Origin: the human T2T-CHM13v2.0 reference genome, Homo sapiens
DNA length: 64,000 nt
Direction: 5' to 3' (one strand)
Assembly (NCBI RefSeq): GCF_009914755.1
Contig: NC_060928.1
Made by a program: the position numbers and the translations under genes. Below the pieces are notes generated by a model that ran no database searches, was not told where the DNA came from, and saw only the letters and a list, made by a program, of their open reading frames with translations. Shown piece by piece: positions 14,686 through 29,193 of this stretch; within the stretch, counting starts at the first letter, position 1, and the number at the start of each line of letters is the position of its first letter.

Positions 14686-15269
14686 TTAACTCCTTGGTTA
14701 AATGAGGCAACCAGTGAGATATTACAAGTGCTTCAAAGAACATGAAATATACATTTGTAGGCAGAGAAGAAATGCTGAAATAAGCTTACAAATGGATGCA
14801 AAATTGGTAAAATCTAGTCATTATCCACAGGGTGATAATTAATTGTACTCCACTGCACAAAATTTGCATATCTTAGACTAAAATAATTTATATTACTATG
14901 AATTTTCTACAGGTTTACAACTCTACAAAGTTGTAAAATAGTTTAGTAAAAGCAAAAGTGCACACTGGCATGCCTTCAGTTAAAGGGTATTTAATAATTT
15001 CTTTCATCCATTTCAAAATCTTCCAGAGTTGAAATATAAACTGAGTGCTCAATGGAATTTTGTAGAGGATCAATGATGGTAGAAGGTAGGAATAAGCGTT
15101 AGTTATTTACATCTTTAACTGTTATTCGCTCTATTTATTGAATCATTTAGAATATGATTCTAATTCAAGTAGGAAAATGGATATAAAGGGGTTCTCGAAA
15201 TACTTTATTTCCACAGAATTCCACAGCTCAATAAATAAAGCTCCAGAATTGGTCCAGCATGATCTGGAA

Positions 15270-15450
15270 GTCATACTTGATTCTTGCCTCTCCCTCAACT
15301 GCACATCGTGCCATTAGTTAATAGTCCTGTTGCTTTTAACCTTAAAATGTATCTCAAATCTGTTTTTTTCTCTCTATCTTGACTGCCACTGACCTATTTC
15401 AAGCACCCTCAGCTTTTGTCAGAATGATTATCATTACCTTTCAAACGTGT
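15270..15450. mobile_element. L2 fragment
   Basis: agtcatacttgattcttgcctctccctc...aaaatgtatctcaaatctg resembles L2 ORF2. Confidence 0.5.
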
Positions 15451-16829
15451 AGCAGAAAACTATTTTAAGCTAAAATACTTTTTAAAACATTGATGTACTT
15501 TTTTCTTATCCTGTCTCCATCCAAACAAATTGATTCAGTTCTCACTGCCAGCTTGGAGGAGAGGGGCAGGGAGGAAAGAGTTGTGGAATAGCAAAATATC
15601 AGAAATTGCTTGGAAATCTTCCAGGCCTTTGTTTCTAAACAGCTAATTCTTAAAGCTGGGAGAAAATTAGGTTATAGACAGCATATTTAAGCCAGAATCA
15701 TGATAGGAATATGATTTCCCCAAAACAAGAAATCCCCGATGTTATAAGGATAGGTTGAATAGTGAGAACAGAGAGTTCTCAGGGTGTAAATGCAAAGGAG
15801 ATCTGTGACCTACTTTGTAAGCATAGCCCCTATAGCAGTTGGAATACTTCAGCAATAAAATGACTGGTGGGAATCTAGGCAACTTTGCAAAGAATTCTAT
15901 ACTCGAACCCTAGCAGACAGCCCTTGGATCTGAAGAGCCGTATTACAGAGAATAACTTATTCTCAGAAGTAAACAGCGTTTCAGAATGAACAGATGACTC
16001 GATAACCAAATGCTGTCACTTAAACTCCAGATTTTAGCATTGCGTAAGATTCTGCCACTACGGTTAATAAAAAATCCAGAAAGATAGGAGTAACTTATAA
16101 TAACTAAGGTTAGTTTTCAACCAGTGTAATGAGATGGGAAGCTTAAATTAGAAATTGAGTTAGAGAAAGTAAATGAAAAACAAAAAAAGAAAAAGAAAAA
16201 ACAGAACTAAGAAAATACAAGGGACTTTCACTTCTATAAATATAGAGGCTTAGTTATTCTGAAAAACCATACCTACTCCTACAAAAGATCTTTAAAGTGC
16301 TGGATAAACTATTAGTTTTTATAAATAAACAGAAACACTTGAAAACAATCAAGGGAAATTTTTAGGGCAACCAAAAAGCAGGGAATGGAGCTGTAATTAG
16401 AGTATCCAGCAGTTGCTGAAGCAGTAGATGCCCTAGGTTTAATGGCCACATGAGACACAAAAGATAAGGACTTACTTGGCTTCAATAAGTTGGAATATTG
16501 GAACTGAACTTGCATAAAGTCAGGGCCTTTGAAAAGTAGCTAGAGCTTAAATGAAAAGCTATGTTAGGAAAAAAATATGCCTGATGGTAAAAGGAGACAT
16601 AGAAGGTAATTTGTAAAAACCTCAGCTCAGCTCCATAGTGAAAAAGGAAACAAAACAAATACGGAAAATAGTCTATCTCATAAATCAGAATCATAGCCCT
16701 AATATCACATGGATTTGGAGTTTGAATATACACTAACTAGCTCAAGAAACCCCAAGCTAATAATTTGAAGTTGTTACAGGATTGAACTAATCCAGAACAT
16801 GTAGCAAAATCAAATGGAAATCTCTAGAG

Positions 16830-18375
16830 CATGGGTAGATAAACTATGGCCAGCAGGCCAAATCTGTTTTTGTATAACCTGTGACCTCAGAATGGTTGGA
16901 AAAACGCAAAAGAATATTTAAAGACACCTGAAAATGATTTGAAATTCAAATTTCAGATTCTGTAACAAAAATTGTATTGAAACAGAGCTACAGTCATTTC
17001 TTTATTGCTTGTGGCAAATTTCATACAACAGCAGTGTTAGCGTTGAGTAGTTGTGACAGAGACTGTGGCACTTTCATGGCTTCACACTGCTTCTTGGTGC
17101 ACTACAAATCACAGTGAAAAATGCATAGGTTGGAAGCATTTTGAGTGTCACACGTATTGCCTGTCTTTGTTTTGTGCTACTATAACAAAATACCAGACAC
17201 TGCATAAATTATAATGAGCATGAATTTATTAGCACATGTTTCTGGAGACTTAGGCCAAGATCAAGGGGCTGGCATTGTGTGAAGGCCTTCTTGTTGTGTC
17301 ATCTCACGGCTAAGGGCAAAGGTGGGCACAACAGAGAGAAAGGGGTTGATCTTTTATATCAAACCTACTCTCATGATAATAATATTACTTCATTCACTTC
17401 ACCCCCCTGGCCTAATCATCTCTCATTAAGCCCCATCTCCCAACACAATGCATTAAGAATTGAAATTTCAATACATGCTCTTTAGAGGACACATTCAGCA
17501 CATACCACTGCGTTTTATCTTATTTTTTTATTGTTATTGCATACGCATCTTGCCAAAATAAAACAAACAAGAAAATGAAGAGAAAAACAGATTTTGAATA
17601 TCACATTTTAAAAATAGAATGGAAAGTAGATTATTTTGTTATCTAAATCAATTGTAAGCATTGTGTTTTATACATGTTATTATGTCATTGCTACTTTAGA
17701 AGAATACAACATAGGTCTACAGTACCAGACTAAATAATTGCCACACTATCTTTGATGTACAATACTCCCTGAGTCAGAAAAATTTGAAACTTCAAAACAA
17801 AATATCTCAGTAGATTTTTCCCACAAAAGTCTGAAATGAATCTTCAACCAAAGTAAGTTTCCAAGTAGTTTGGTTTTTAGTCAAGCAAGAAAAGCCATTT
17901 ACCAGGTGCAAGTTAATTATATTTTATTCAATTGTAGCAACAATAACAGCAAAAAAAAGATGTACAAAGAAAGTAAACTTGTTTAGATTATTAATCTTTC
18001 TGTGAGAACAGTTGCTTAATAAGTTGAGGATGTTGGGAGTCAATTTTGGATAAATTAAGAAAGAAGGAAAATAATTTCTAGTGTTTTTCTTTGGCTCTTG
18101 ATGAGTTGACAGTTGTTACCAAACACTATTCAGTTGTTGATGTTTATTTGATAATTTAATACTGACTTTGAAGTGAATAACATGAATTCATAGCCTCTAT
18201 GAATGGTCTGAGTAAAACTGCAGTCAAGAATATTTTCAAAGTCGAGAAAACTCAAATTCAGCGTAATCTGAAGTGGAATCTACTAAACTGTGTAACAACT
18301 GATGCTAGCAAAAGTGTTCAGAAAAAAAGACAGTTGGACAAACTCATAAAGTTTGTGAAAATATAAAGTGTTTAG
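16830..18375 (+). mobile_element. hAT-Charlie DNA transposon fossil (Cheshire/MER58-type) with transposase remnants, split by an LTR
   Basis: MER58-like left end (aaactatggccagcaggccaaatctg...tgagtagttgtgacagagac). Translated remnants: MKRKTDFEYHILKIEWKVDYFV (17575), FSLALDELTVVT (18085), LKWNLLNCVTTDASK (18268). Confidence 0.8.
17162..17507 (-). mobile_element. MaLR solo LTR (MSTC/MSTD-like) nested in the hAT element
   Basis: tgctactataacaaaataccagac...ccccatctcccaacac...ggacacattca; TG...CA ends. Confidence 0.8.
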
Positions 18376-18825
18376 AGGCAAGGGAAATTTATCAAAATGC
18401 TTACAGAGTAGCAGGAAGGGCAAGAATGTGGTCGAGCCTCAAGGACAAGTGGAACCAGGGACCGGAATGCTACCAAGCCTTCTCCCATTTCTGGTTCTCT
18501 CTGAGAGTTGGGTTTATCTATCCTATTTTAGACTAGCTTTTTCTACATGCTTGGGTGGTTCACCAAAATGCCAGAACTTCATAACTTTGTTCCCAGAGAG
18601 CAACTATTAGTGACATTTTCTGGTTCCAAGTTTAAGAATTCTGAGAAAGTATACTGAATATAAAGAGGCTGGTGTCTACCCTATACCAGTCACCCATAGG
18701 GTAGGAGGCAGCCTCCATAGGAAAATAGCCACCGCCATTGAAACTAGTTGCTTAAAGCAGAGGAAAGAACACTTACCTGAAGAAAGGGATACTCTAGGCA
18801 GTTGAAACAGTTAATGTCCTTCACA
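18376..18825 (-). mobile_element. Old MaLR LTR fragment (MLT1J/K-like)
   Basis: The end ctaggcagttgaaacagttaatgtccttcaca resembles MLT1 termini. Degenerate. Confidence 0.45.
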
Positions 18826-19394
18826 ATTTTCTAAGATATTTCTCTAGGCCAGCAGTTCTCAAAGTGTGGTTCACAAACTCCTAGGAGTCTGATCCTTTTA
18901 CATCTGTGGAGTCAAAGCTATTTTCATAATATTACTAAGATGTTATTTATCTCTTTTTTTGCATTTTGATTTTTCCATTGATGCTACAAAAGCAATTGTG
19001 GATAAAACTTCTGGTGCTTTAACACAAATGTAGGCAGTGGCACCAAACTATACTAGTAGTCATTGTATTACCACCATTCATGTCCTTATGAATGTCCTTA
19101 ATGAAGCAGCAAAAATTCTTAATTTTTATAAAATCTTGATCTTGAACACACATCTTTTTCATATAAATGAATGAAAAGTATGCATAAAGCATTTTTGCTG
19201 AATACCAAAGTAAGTGGTTGTTCCAAGGAAATGTATGTATGTGATGAATTGAAAGCTAACCTAGCCACTTTTTTATGAAACACTATTTTCATTTGAAAAC
19301 ATTATTAACAGACAAACTATGGTTATTTAGGCTTCAGTATTTGTGAGACATTTTCTCTATGAAGTTAGCATGTCATGTCAAACAAAACAAATTT

Positions 19395-19702
19395 GGCCAG
19401 GTGCAGTGACTCACACCTGTAATCCCAGCACTTTGGGAGGCTGAGTCTGAAGGATTGCTCGAGCCCAGGAATTCAAGACCAGCCTGGGCAGCACACAGAG
19501 ACCCCATCCCTATAAAACATTAAAAAAAAAAATTAGCTAGGCATGATGATACACACCTGTAGTTCCAGCTACTCAGGAGGCTGAAGCAGGAAGTTCGAGG
19601 CTACAGTGAGCCATGATCATGCCACTGCACTCCATCCTGGATCCTGGGAGACAGAGCAAGACCCTGTCTCAAAAAAAAAAAAAGAAAAATAAAAACAAAC
19701 AA
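19395..19702 (+). mobile_element. AluJ
   Basis: Dimer with J diagnostics, a small right-arm deletion and an A tail. Confidence 0.92.
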
Positions 19703-19797
19703 AAGAAAGGAAGAAGAGAAGGAAAGAAGGAAGGAAGGAGGGAAGGAAGGAAGGAAGGAAGAAAGGAAGGAAAGACGGTAGGAAGGAAGGAAGGAAA
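19703..19797 (+). repeat. (GGAA)n-like microsatellite grown from the Alu tail
   Basis: gaaggaaggaaggagggaaggaaggaaggaagg... Confidence 0.9.
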
Positions 19798-20455
19798 TAA
19801 AATAATTGACATTATTTGGTACCAATAAGATTCAAGCTTTCAAGGGAATATCAGAATTCTGGGAAACTTGTATTTTTTACTATTAGTTTGATGGTTTCCA
19901 ACGATTAAAGATTTTTCTGATGATATAGGTGAAGATGTTAACAAATGTGACTTTTTGATATTGTATAACGAAATACGTTAAAATTTGAATGAACTTGGTG
20001 AACCAATATTTTCTATGTGACCAATGCATTATGATATAAAATCATGCAGGGATAAAAGATATATTCAAGATATAAGATAGATCAATGGATTTTAATTTGA
20101 CAGAATATGAAAATTACACTGAAATGCTTTTGGATTCTGTATTGCACCAAACTTTTAAGAAACTACTGCTTGTTGAGTATTCATGTAGTATAAAAGAGGA
20201 CAGATCACAATTATCTGAAGGGGATCTTAAAATGTTCCTTCAACCTAAATAAACAGTTTGGCCAGGAGTGGGAGGGCAGGTTCTTAATAAGTGTTAGGGG
20301 TATAAAGGGATCCTAAGACCAAAAAGGTTGAGAAACGCTACTCTAAACTATGCATATGTAAATTTTCTAAGGATAAGGGACATTGTCAGTGTCTTTGAGT
20401 AGTAAGGAATCTAATTCTTCCAAATATTACAGAAATATTTGGCATGATTTTACTA

Positions 20456-21081
<626 letters not shown>

Positions 21082-21107
21082 TAATCATTTCTACCAAAAA
21101 TAACAGC

Positions 21108-21290
21108 AAATATTTGTTAAGAGTCTACTCTGTCTAGGTTCAACTCCAAATAATTTCCATGCATTTAATACTTAAAACAACGCTTTGAAGTAATGGATTA
21201 TTATTATCATCTCCATTTCACAAATTGGGAAACTGAGGGTTAGAGGGGTTAAGTAAGTTGCCTCAGTCCATGCAATCAGCAAGTTTCAAG
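21108..21290 (-). mobile_element. MIR
   Basis: ccatttcacaaattgggaaactgagggttagaggggttaagtaagttgcc core. Confidence 0.75.
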
Positions 21291-21401
21291 CTTTCAACCA
21301 CTACACAGTACTGTCAGTTGAGAAAGCCTCAGTAGCACTGTTTCTTACTTTTATAGAACATATTCAGAGGCATGGCAAAAGACTAGGTCCAGGTTCTAAA
21401 A

Positions 21402-21708
21402 CTGCACTGTCCATTATGATTGCTACTAGCCACGTTTGGCTTTTGAACATTCGAAATTGAGATGAATTCATGTCAGAATTGTGATTTCCTACAAGTATAA
21501 AATATACACTAGAATTTGAAGATTTTGAATTTTTTTAATGTAAAATATCTCAATTTTTTATATTTATTACCTGTCAAAATAATATTTTAGATACATTAAA
21601 GCATATTATTAAAATTAATATAACTTAGTTTTACTTTTTTAAAATGTGTCTACTAGAAATTTTTAAATTTCTATATGGCTTGTAATTTATTTCTATTGGA
21701 TAGTACTG
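21402..21708. mobile_element. MER33-like hAT MITE
   Basis: Ends ctgcactgtccatta / tattggatagtactg; ctactagccacgtttggc. Confidence 0.75.
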
Positions 21709-21808
21709 GATCAACTCAATTAAGTTTTACACTAGTTTAAATAGAAGATTTCATTATGTGCGTCACATCCAAGAAGGAGTTTCTTCCTTCCCGAAATATT
21801 GTCAGGGC

Positions 21809-22454
21809 TGTAAACCAAAAGGTATTTGAGACAAGTCTTCATCAGTTTAGAAGTTTATTTTGCCAAGGTTAGGGACATGTCCATGACACAGCCTCAGGAG
21901 ATCCTGAGAGCATGTGCCCAAAGTAGTTCAGGACACGACTTGGTTTCATATGTTTTAGGGAGACAGAAGACATCAGTCAATACATGTAAGACGTACATTG
22001 TTTTGGTCCGGAAAAGCAGGACAACTCAAACTAGGAGCTTCCAGGTCATAGGTGAATTCAAAGATTTTCCAACTGGCAATTGGTTGAAAGAGTTGATCCA
22101 AAGACCTGGAATCAATAGAAGGGAGTGTCTGGGTTAAGATAAGGGGTTGTGGAGACCAAGGTTCTTATTATGCAGATGAAGCCTCCATGTAGCAGGCTTC
22201 AGAGAAAATAGATTGTAAATGTTTTTATCAGACTTAATGAGTCTGTTTTGTCAGTCTTAAGGTCTCCATTTTAAAGTTAATGATGATCGTCTATGCCTGA
22301 ATTCCAAAGGGAGGAGGATTAATGAGGCATATCTGACCTCCATTTCCCATCATGGCCTGAACTAGTTTTTCCAGTTAACTTTGGAATCCCCTTGGCCAAG
22401 AGGAAGGGTCAATTGGGTTGGTTGGGGAGCTTAGAATTTTATTTTTGGTTTAGA
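21809..22454 (-). mobile_element. ERV1 solo LTR (MER4A-like)
   Basis: tgtaaaccaaaa...cttagaattttatttttggtttaga termini; 4-bp TSD GGGC (21805-21808, 22455-22458). Confidence 0.88.
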
Positions 22455-22971
22455 GGGCTTTATTCTTAATTAAAATAAAAATTACTGACACATGGTTTAT
22501 TGTCCTCAAGTACCTCATGCAGCCTCAAACAATGTTATTTAAATCAGAGAAATTATCATGTTTCATCATACTCTTTTAAAATTGCCCCATTCAAGCAGAT
22601 TTTCTTAACTGAGTTCCAAATTTACCCTTTTGCACATATTGCACTACTTCCTTTAATCTTTTTTGCCATTAAAATTAAAAATTGGAGTTAAGAAGAGAAA
22701 AGCAAAGTAATGGGGAGAAATGTGGCAGACTCAAAGAAAATATTTTGCAATGCCTCTTGGAGAGAGAGAAATAAAGCCAAGACAAAATATATCAGGGTCT
22801 TGAGGCTGCTGCATTTTTGCCTTTGGGAAGGAGGGTGAGGTAGGGAAGGGGCTGACAGAGATAGGTTAGAGCTTTCCACTGCAGCTCAGTTGTAGCAGGA
22901 GAGTGATTACTAAAGATAGAGCCCAAGACACATAGTTCTGTGTGTCAAGAAATACCCACAGCAGGTACTAA

Positions 22972-23294
<323 letters not shown>

Positions 23295-23392
23295 ATTTTC
23301 TCCTTGTATTTTAGAACACTTAATTTTTTAATGTACTCCAAAGCTTCTCCTCTAATAATGGCTGACATCTATTGGTACTTAGAACACACCTT

Positions 23393-23706
<314 letters not shown>

Positions 23707-23773
23707 TCATATATATAATCCATTCAATCTTCCCTATAATGCCAGGAGGAAACTGTCCTATGCTTGTACCACT

Positions 23774-24935
23774 ATTATATTTTGGAAGCACAAAACTTGT
23801 CTGATTTCACAGGTTCATAGCTAGAGAGGAATTTTGCCTCACAATGACCTCAAGTCTCACCCATATCTGATTTTTATCATATTTCAATGAGACTTTGGAT
23901 TTTAGATGCTGGAATGGGTTAAGGCTTTGGAGGCTGTTGGGGTGGATGGAGTGAATGTATTTTGCATGTGACAGGACATGAATTTTGAGGGAGCCAAAGG
24001 GTGAAATGTTATGAACTGAATGTGTCCCCCAAAATTTACATGCTGAAGCCCTAACCCCCAATAGACTATAGTTGAAGATAGGGCTTTAAGTAAGTAATTA
24101 AGGTTAAATGAGGTTATATAGATGGGACTCTAATCCAACAGGACAGGTATCCTTATAAGAAGAGGAAGAGATACCAGGAGTGTGCACATACAGAGAAAAG
24201 GTCATATGAGAATATAGTGAGAAGACAGCCGCCTGCAAGACAAGGAGAGAGGTCTTACCAGAAACCAATACTGCCAGCACCTTTGAGACAGGAATAATAC
24301 AGGGTGGTCACAGGAGAATAGAAAATTCCAGACAGCAGTTTTGCATGACTAGCAAAAGGAAACTGTTGAAATAGCTGCAGAAGCTAGGAACTGATAAGAC
24401 CCTCAAAACCCAAGGTATGGACCCAGCTGGCTAAGACCAACTGGATCCAACATGGCACTGGATTTCACCTAGATTTCTCCTAGGACCTCGTTATATTATT
24501 GTTAACATTATCAATTACATACCCACCAGTGCCATGACAGTCCTGAGAACACCCATATTTGGTGTGAAAAAATAGGTGGCACCACAGTTCTGAGAAATCT
24601 CTAAATTTTTCCAGGAATTTTAATGAATATTCCACCCCTTGGTTAAAGAAGCCCATAAAGACAGAAACTCCAAACTCCATCAAACAACTCTGTCTTAAGT
24701 ACCCCCACAATCCCCTTTCTTGAGTATATGCTTTTCACTTTGCAGTAAATCTCCTACTGTCACTATTTTCTGACTCATTCTTGAATTCCTGCTTGCAATG
24801 GTGTCAAGAGCCTGAACATTGTTATCACCTTGGCCTTAGACATCCAGCTTCCATAACATGGAAAAAATACATTTATGTTGTTTAAACCACCTAGTTGGTG
24901 ATGTTCTGTTATGGCAGCCCTAGCAGACTGATACA
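23774..24935 (+). mobile_element. MaLR internal 3' segment plus MLT1A/B LTR (24007-24283 and 24828-24935), split by an ERV1 LTR
   Basis: The internal part ends ggacatgaattttgagggagccaaagggtgaaa; the LTR runs tgttatgaactgaatgtgtcccc...ggcagccctagcagactgataca. Confidence 0.82.
24284..24827 (+). mobile_element. ERV1-class solo LTR (MER66-like; subfamily uncertain)
   Basis: tgagacaggaataatacagggtgg...tatca; TG...CA ends; perfect 4-bp TSD CCTT (24280-24283, 24828-24831). Confidence 0.8.
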
Positions 24936-25523
24936 GAAACAAAGGAATAGAGGTGCCAAGTAATTAATTAGAATCACTCAGTTAGTAGATGGCAGAGGGG
25001 ATTAGGACCCAACCTCTAACCACTGCAGCTCTCTCAGCCAAGTTATTCTCTCACTTAAGCCAAGAGTCCAGATGAAACCATCTCATGATATAAAGAATCC
25101 AGAAACAATACTTCTATATTACCTAAAATGTATTATCTAAAATTATAAAATATAATATATTCAGGATGTAAAAATCTATGTCAGCCAAGAGCAATTTTTT
25201 TGGTAAAATGTTAAAAGTCCACAACACTAAAAATTCATTTTAACAATGATCAAAAAAGAGTCAAAGTCAGTAAAAGGTAGATTTATGTGAGATTTTATCC
25301 CAGTGGAGTATTATAAAAGAACTAAGAATTCTACTAAAAAAAAAATGGCTTTTGCTGTAAGTCATAACTAAGGGTTACATGCAAATTCCATCCTTGACCC
25401 CACTGAGGAGTACTAGTTCCCCTGCTATTATATCTCATTGAATCCCTTAGTTTCCTTCAAAGTTTTATTCTGTATAAGTATTTCTCAGTTTCTTACTTTG
25501 TAACATTTGGATAATAATAGTAT

Positions 25524-26060
25524 TTGGGGGGAGAAAAGATAATTTTTCTCTCTACCCCTTATGAGTTCTAAGCTGGGATCCCCTATAACAAAAGACAGAT
25601 TAACAACAACAAAAACCCCACGAGGTTATTAACATGTATATTTCATATACATGTACAGGAGATAGTCAGGGAATTAGTAATTTTCAAAGAGGTGACTTTG
25701 AATTCAAACTTAAATATCATCTTCAGCTGAAACAAAGAAAGAGGAGTATGGGGGTAGGGGTGCAGTTATGAGGAAGTGACCAGGTAAAGCATGGCAAACA
25801 AAGGTAAAGTTTGTTATGCGTATTTAAGTCAGAGCCCTCTCCATTGATAAGAGTTTCCAGTAATTTAGTGCCATCCTTTTCTTCCTAGAATTCAGAGGAA
25901 GACATTTTTACAAATGAAAATTTCCTTTATAGATTTAAATTCACCCTACAAAAAGGTAATTCCACTCTGTTCTCAGAGTTGCTCCTATAGCTGCTGTTTC
26001 TCAAACAAATGCTTATACTGAAAAGGCATATTCTGAAGTGGCACATTCTGGTCTTCTACA
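25524..26060 (-). mobile_element. ERV1 solo LTR (MER34-like)
   Basis: taacaaaagacagattaac; ends ggcatattctgaagtggcacattctggtcttctaca; TSD GTAT. Confidence 0.8.
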
Positions 26061-26263
26061 GTATCTATCTCACAAAGTTAGAGTGTAGAAATGTAAACAC
26101 ATGACTGTACATAAAATGCTTGAAACAATTAATAAATTTTCATCATTATTATTATTGTAGCATTTAATATAATGTTATTGCATATGTCTTTGTGATTATT
26201 CATTCAATGTTTAACTCCCCACTACTAGAAAATAAGTTTCCTGGTGCAGGGACAATTAGCCCC

Positions 26264-27246
26264 TGTGGCACATATCACAATGTTCCCTGCTATAGAGTTC
26301 TCGTCTCTATCTGAGCACGCAAAAATAACATGCTTTCTTGCTTTCTTGAAGTTGGGCATGGCCATTGACTTGCCTTAGCCCATAAAATATGAACAGAATT
26401 GTCACTTTTAGGTGGAAGATTTAAATACTTAATTCTCCACTTCTCTCTTTCCCTAACTCAGTGGATGTGAAACTGTTAGAGGTGGATGTGAAACTGTTAG
26501 AGGTGGAAGTTATTTGAGTCACCGGCAGAGACTGCAGCAACCTCAATTCTTGCCTCGGAAGGAAGAATATAATTGAGGGGCATAAGGCAGAATAAGAGAC
26601 TGAGGCAAGTTTCAGAGCAAGAGTGGAAGTTAATTAAAAAGCTTTAGAGCAGCAAGAAAGGAAAGCACAGTTGGAAGAGGCCTAAGAGGGCATCTTGGAC
26701 GTCAAGTGCCCCATTTGACCTTGCACTTAGGGTTTTACATGCTGGTCTACTTCTGGCGTCTTGCATTGCTTTAATGCCCCCAGAAGGTCATATACCAGTT
26801 AAACTCCACCATTTTGCATCTTAATGCACATGCTTGAGTTCAGTCACCCACCTCCTGAGATCTTATTGGAAGCTGCTGATTACCAGTTTCATGTGTTCCC
26901 TATTTATGGGGAGATGGTCAGTCCCTCGTGCCAGCTGTAACCAATTATTATTTTAGAGAGACAGTTAATAACTGCCTGGCCATCACATGATGGTTACCTG
27001 ACTTTCCTGGTGGGGTGTGGGGGGAGCCCTCTGCTGCCCCACTCATGCCTATCTAGCTACCTACTGTAACAAAAGCAGGTTTCGATATGGCGGTACAACA
27101 CTGATCCTGAGGACAGCTACTCTGAGGAGTAACCTGGATCCATAGCAGACTTTGATGAGCAAAAAATAAACCATTATCGCTTAAGCTTGGGAGACTTTGG
27201 GCTGGTTTGTTACAGCAGCATAACCTACACTACCCTGGCTATTACA
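26264..27246 (+). mobile_element. Old MLT1 (H/I/J-like) LTR interrupted by MER50
   Basis: gaagttgggcatggccattgacttgcc and 3' end ggtttgttacagcagcataaccta...attaca. Confidence 0.65.
26495..27071 (-). mobile_element. ERV1 solo LTR (MER50-like)
   Basis: ctgcagcaacctcaattcttgcctc; gaggggcataaggcagaa; end ctagctacctactgtaaca. Confidence 0.82.
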
Positions 27247-28379
27247 ACCATTGTATTTCCATTGCCTAGCATAAGGGCTGGCGTAAAATAAGTGATTAAA
27301 TATGCTCTGACTAAATTAATTAATAAATTAAAATTTTTAATCAGCAATTAAAATGAACTATTTTAATCAAAGAAATTATTTCAACTCTATCCTGCGTACA
27401 ATAGAAAAGTTTTGGAAATTTTCACTGATTAGTGTGTAGGGGTCATGATTCTTTGAGTACCAAACCATTATCTTAGATATCAAGGTTAGAGTTGCACATG
27501 CTTCGCACTCCAGAAAGACTCCTTCAAGTTTTGCTGAATTTCAATTGAATAAATTTTTTCTGTGAAGTGGTCTTCAAAAACCTATATTTCTGCCATAGAG
27601 TCACTTACTTAACCTGCCCTATTTAAAGGGGCTAATGCCTGATAGAATGTCGCTGCATAACTCCATCTGTGTGTGGTCCCTGCATCCATGACAACCAAAA
27701 CCCAGATGCAGAAATTGTTCCTAATCACATAGATTACCCTAGAAACCGGAAGGGCCTTGAAGTCAAAAGCATTCAGAGAACATGCTGAACAAATTGAATT
27801 TGCAGTTTATCTGGCCAGGGAGGATGGAGAGGGGATGGGCACTTGGTCTGAGTATTTTTTGTTTCTCATTCCAACAGAAATTACTAGATTTACCAAAACA
27901 AAGAGAAAAAAATATGATCCAAATTTAATCTGGTTGTGGAAGTGTGAGCAAAATCTACAAGTGGTAGTGTGATAGAGTCAGGCAGAGGAATTGACCATAG
28001 ATAAGGTGCTCAGGACTCCTAGAGTCAGCTTCTGGTATGTGAGAAAGAAGTGAGAACAGAGCCCATGGCATATGAAGAAGATATTACAGAAAAAAGAAAG
28101 CTGCCTTCCACGCAAATCATTTCTTTACAAAGGCTTGTTAACTCCTGCAGTGCCCCAGCTCTAGTGACTAGGGGACCAATAGGTTCATTAATAACAGAAT
28201 TGGGAGAGAACCTGGCATCTGCTTTGATCGAAGTGTGAGAATTAAGCAAGCCTAAAGTGTAGCAAGAGCAGGGAGGGAACTGAATGAAAGGTCAGTTCTA
28301 ATCTGTAGGCTTTGGAGAAGCTTTGGGCTCTTGAGAGGGAGTAGAGTACAGAGGCTGAGCGGGGTGCCTGGGCAGGCAT

Positions 28380-28720
28380 CTTATCATTACTTGCGAGTTG
28401 TGTGAACTCGGGCAAGTTAAACTTCTCTGTGCTTCTACTTTCTCCCCTGAAAACGAGGATATAATCTCCAAGGATTGTTGTGAGAACTAAATGACTTGGT
28501 TGATTCCTGAACAGCACGTTGTCCAGTGCCTAGCACATAGCAATCACTCAGGAAACGTCAGCCTTTATTATGGGCCTAGTGCACAAACTATTCTTACCAG
28601 TTATGCGACCTTGAGAACATTGTCTTCTCTGTGCCTTCATTTTCTCACCTGTAAAATGGAATAATAATAATTCTTAGAAGGATTCATGAAGCAACGCCTA
28701 GTAGGGTGTCTGGCTTAGTT
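28380..28720 (+). mobile_element. Two tandem MIR fragments
   Basis: gggcaagttaaacttctctgtgc...cagtgcctagcacatag and ctctgtgccttcattttctcacctgtaaaatggaataataata. Confidence 0.75.
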
Positions 28721-29193
28721 ATCCCCCCGACAGTATTTTCTTCTAGTAAGAAGCTGAATGCAGCGGCAGACATCCTGGTTCGGGCCCCAGGAAGCTCAGC
28801 CGGGTTTAATGTGGATGAGGGTTTAATGATGTACACGCAGAAGTGTTTTGACAAATGAAGAAGGTCCTCATTCTTGGAACATGTGCCGGTTCTCCGAGGG
28901 AACTCCTAAAATGGCATAAGGTCACCTTTTTAAAGGCTGTAAGCTCATGTAGGAAAAGCTGAGCTAGATTCCTAAGGGCAGAGATGTGCTCACATTTCTT
29001 TGCATCCCTAGTTCCCAGCACAGTGCAAGGCGCTGCAAACATTTGCTGAACCCAGGGTCTCGTGTCTTGACTGTCCAGCAGAGGCCGCTCTGGGCCGGGG
29101 CTCTCGGGACCTGAGGGCTGAGAGAAGGAAGGCCAGGGGGTGGCCCAGTCATCGCCGCGGGGCCCGGGTGGGAGGGGTTTGGCAGCGGCAGGC

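Larger units (their letters stand above)
18850..20340. mobile_element. hAT Charlie1a-like DNA transposon, interrupted by an AluJ
   Basis: Terminal inverted repeats cagcagttctcaa / ttgagaaacgcta; 8-bp Charlie-type TSD ctctaggc / ctctaaac; internal gtcaaagctattttcataatattactaagatg. Confidence 0.85.
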
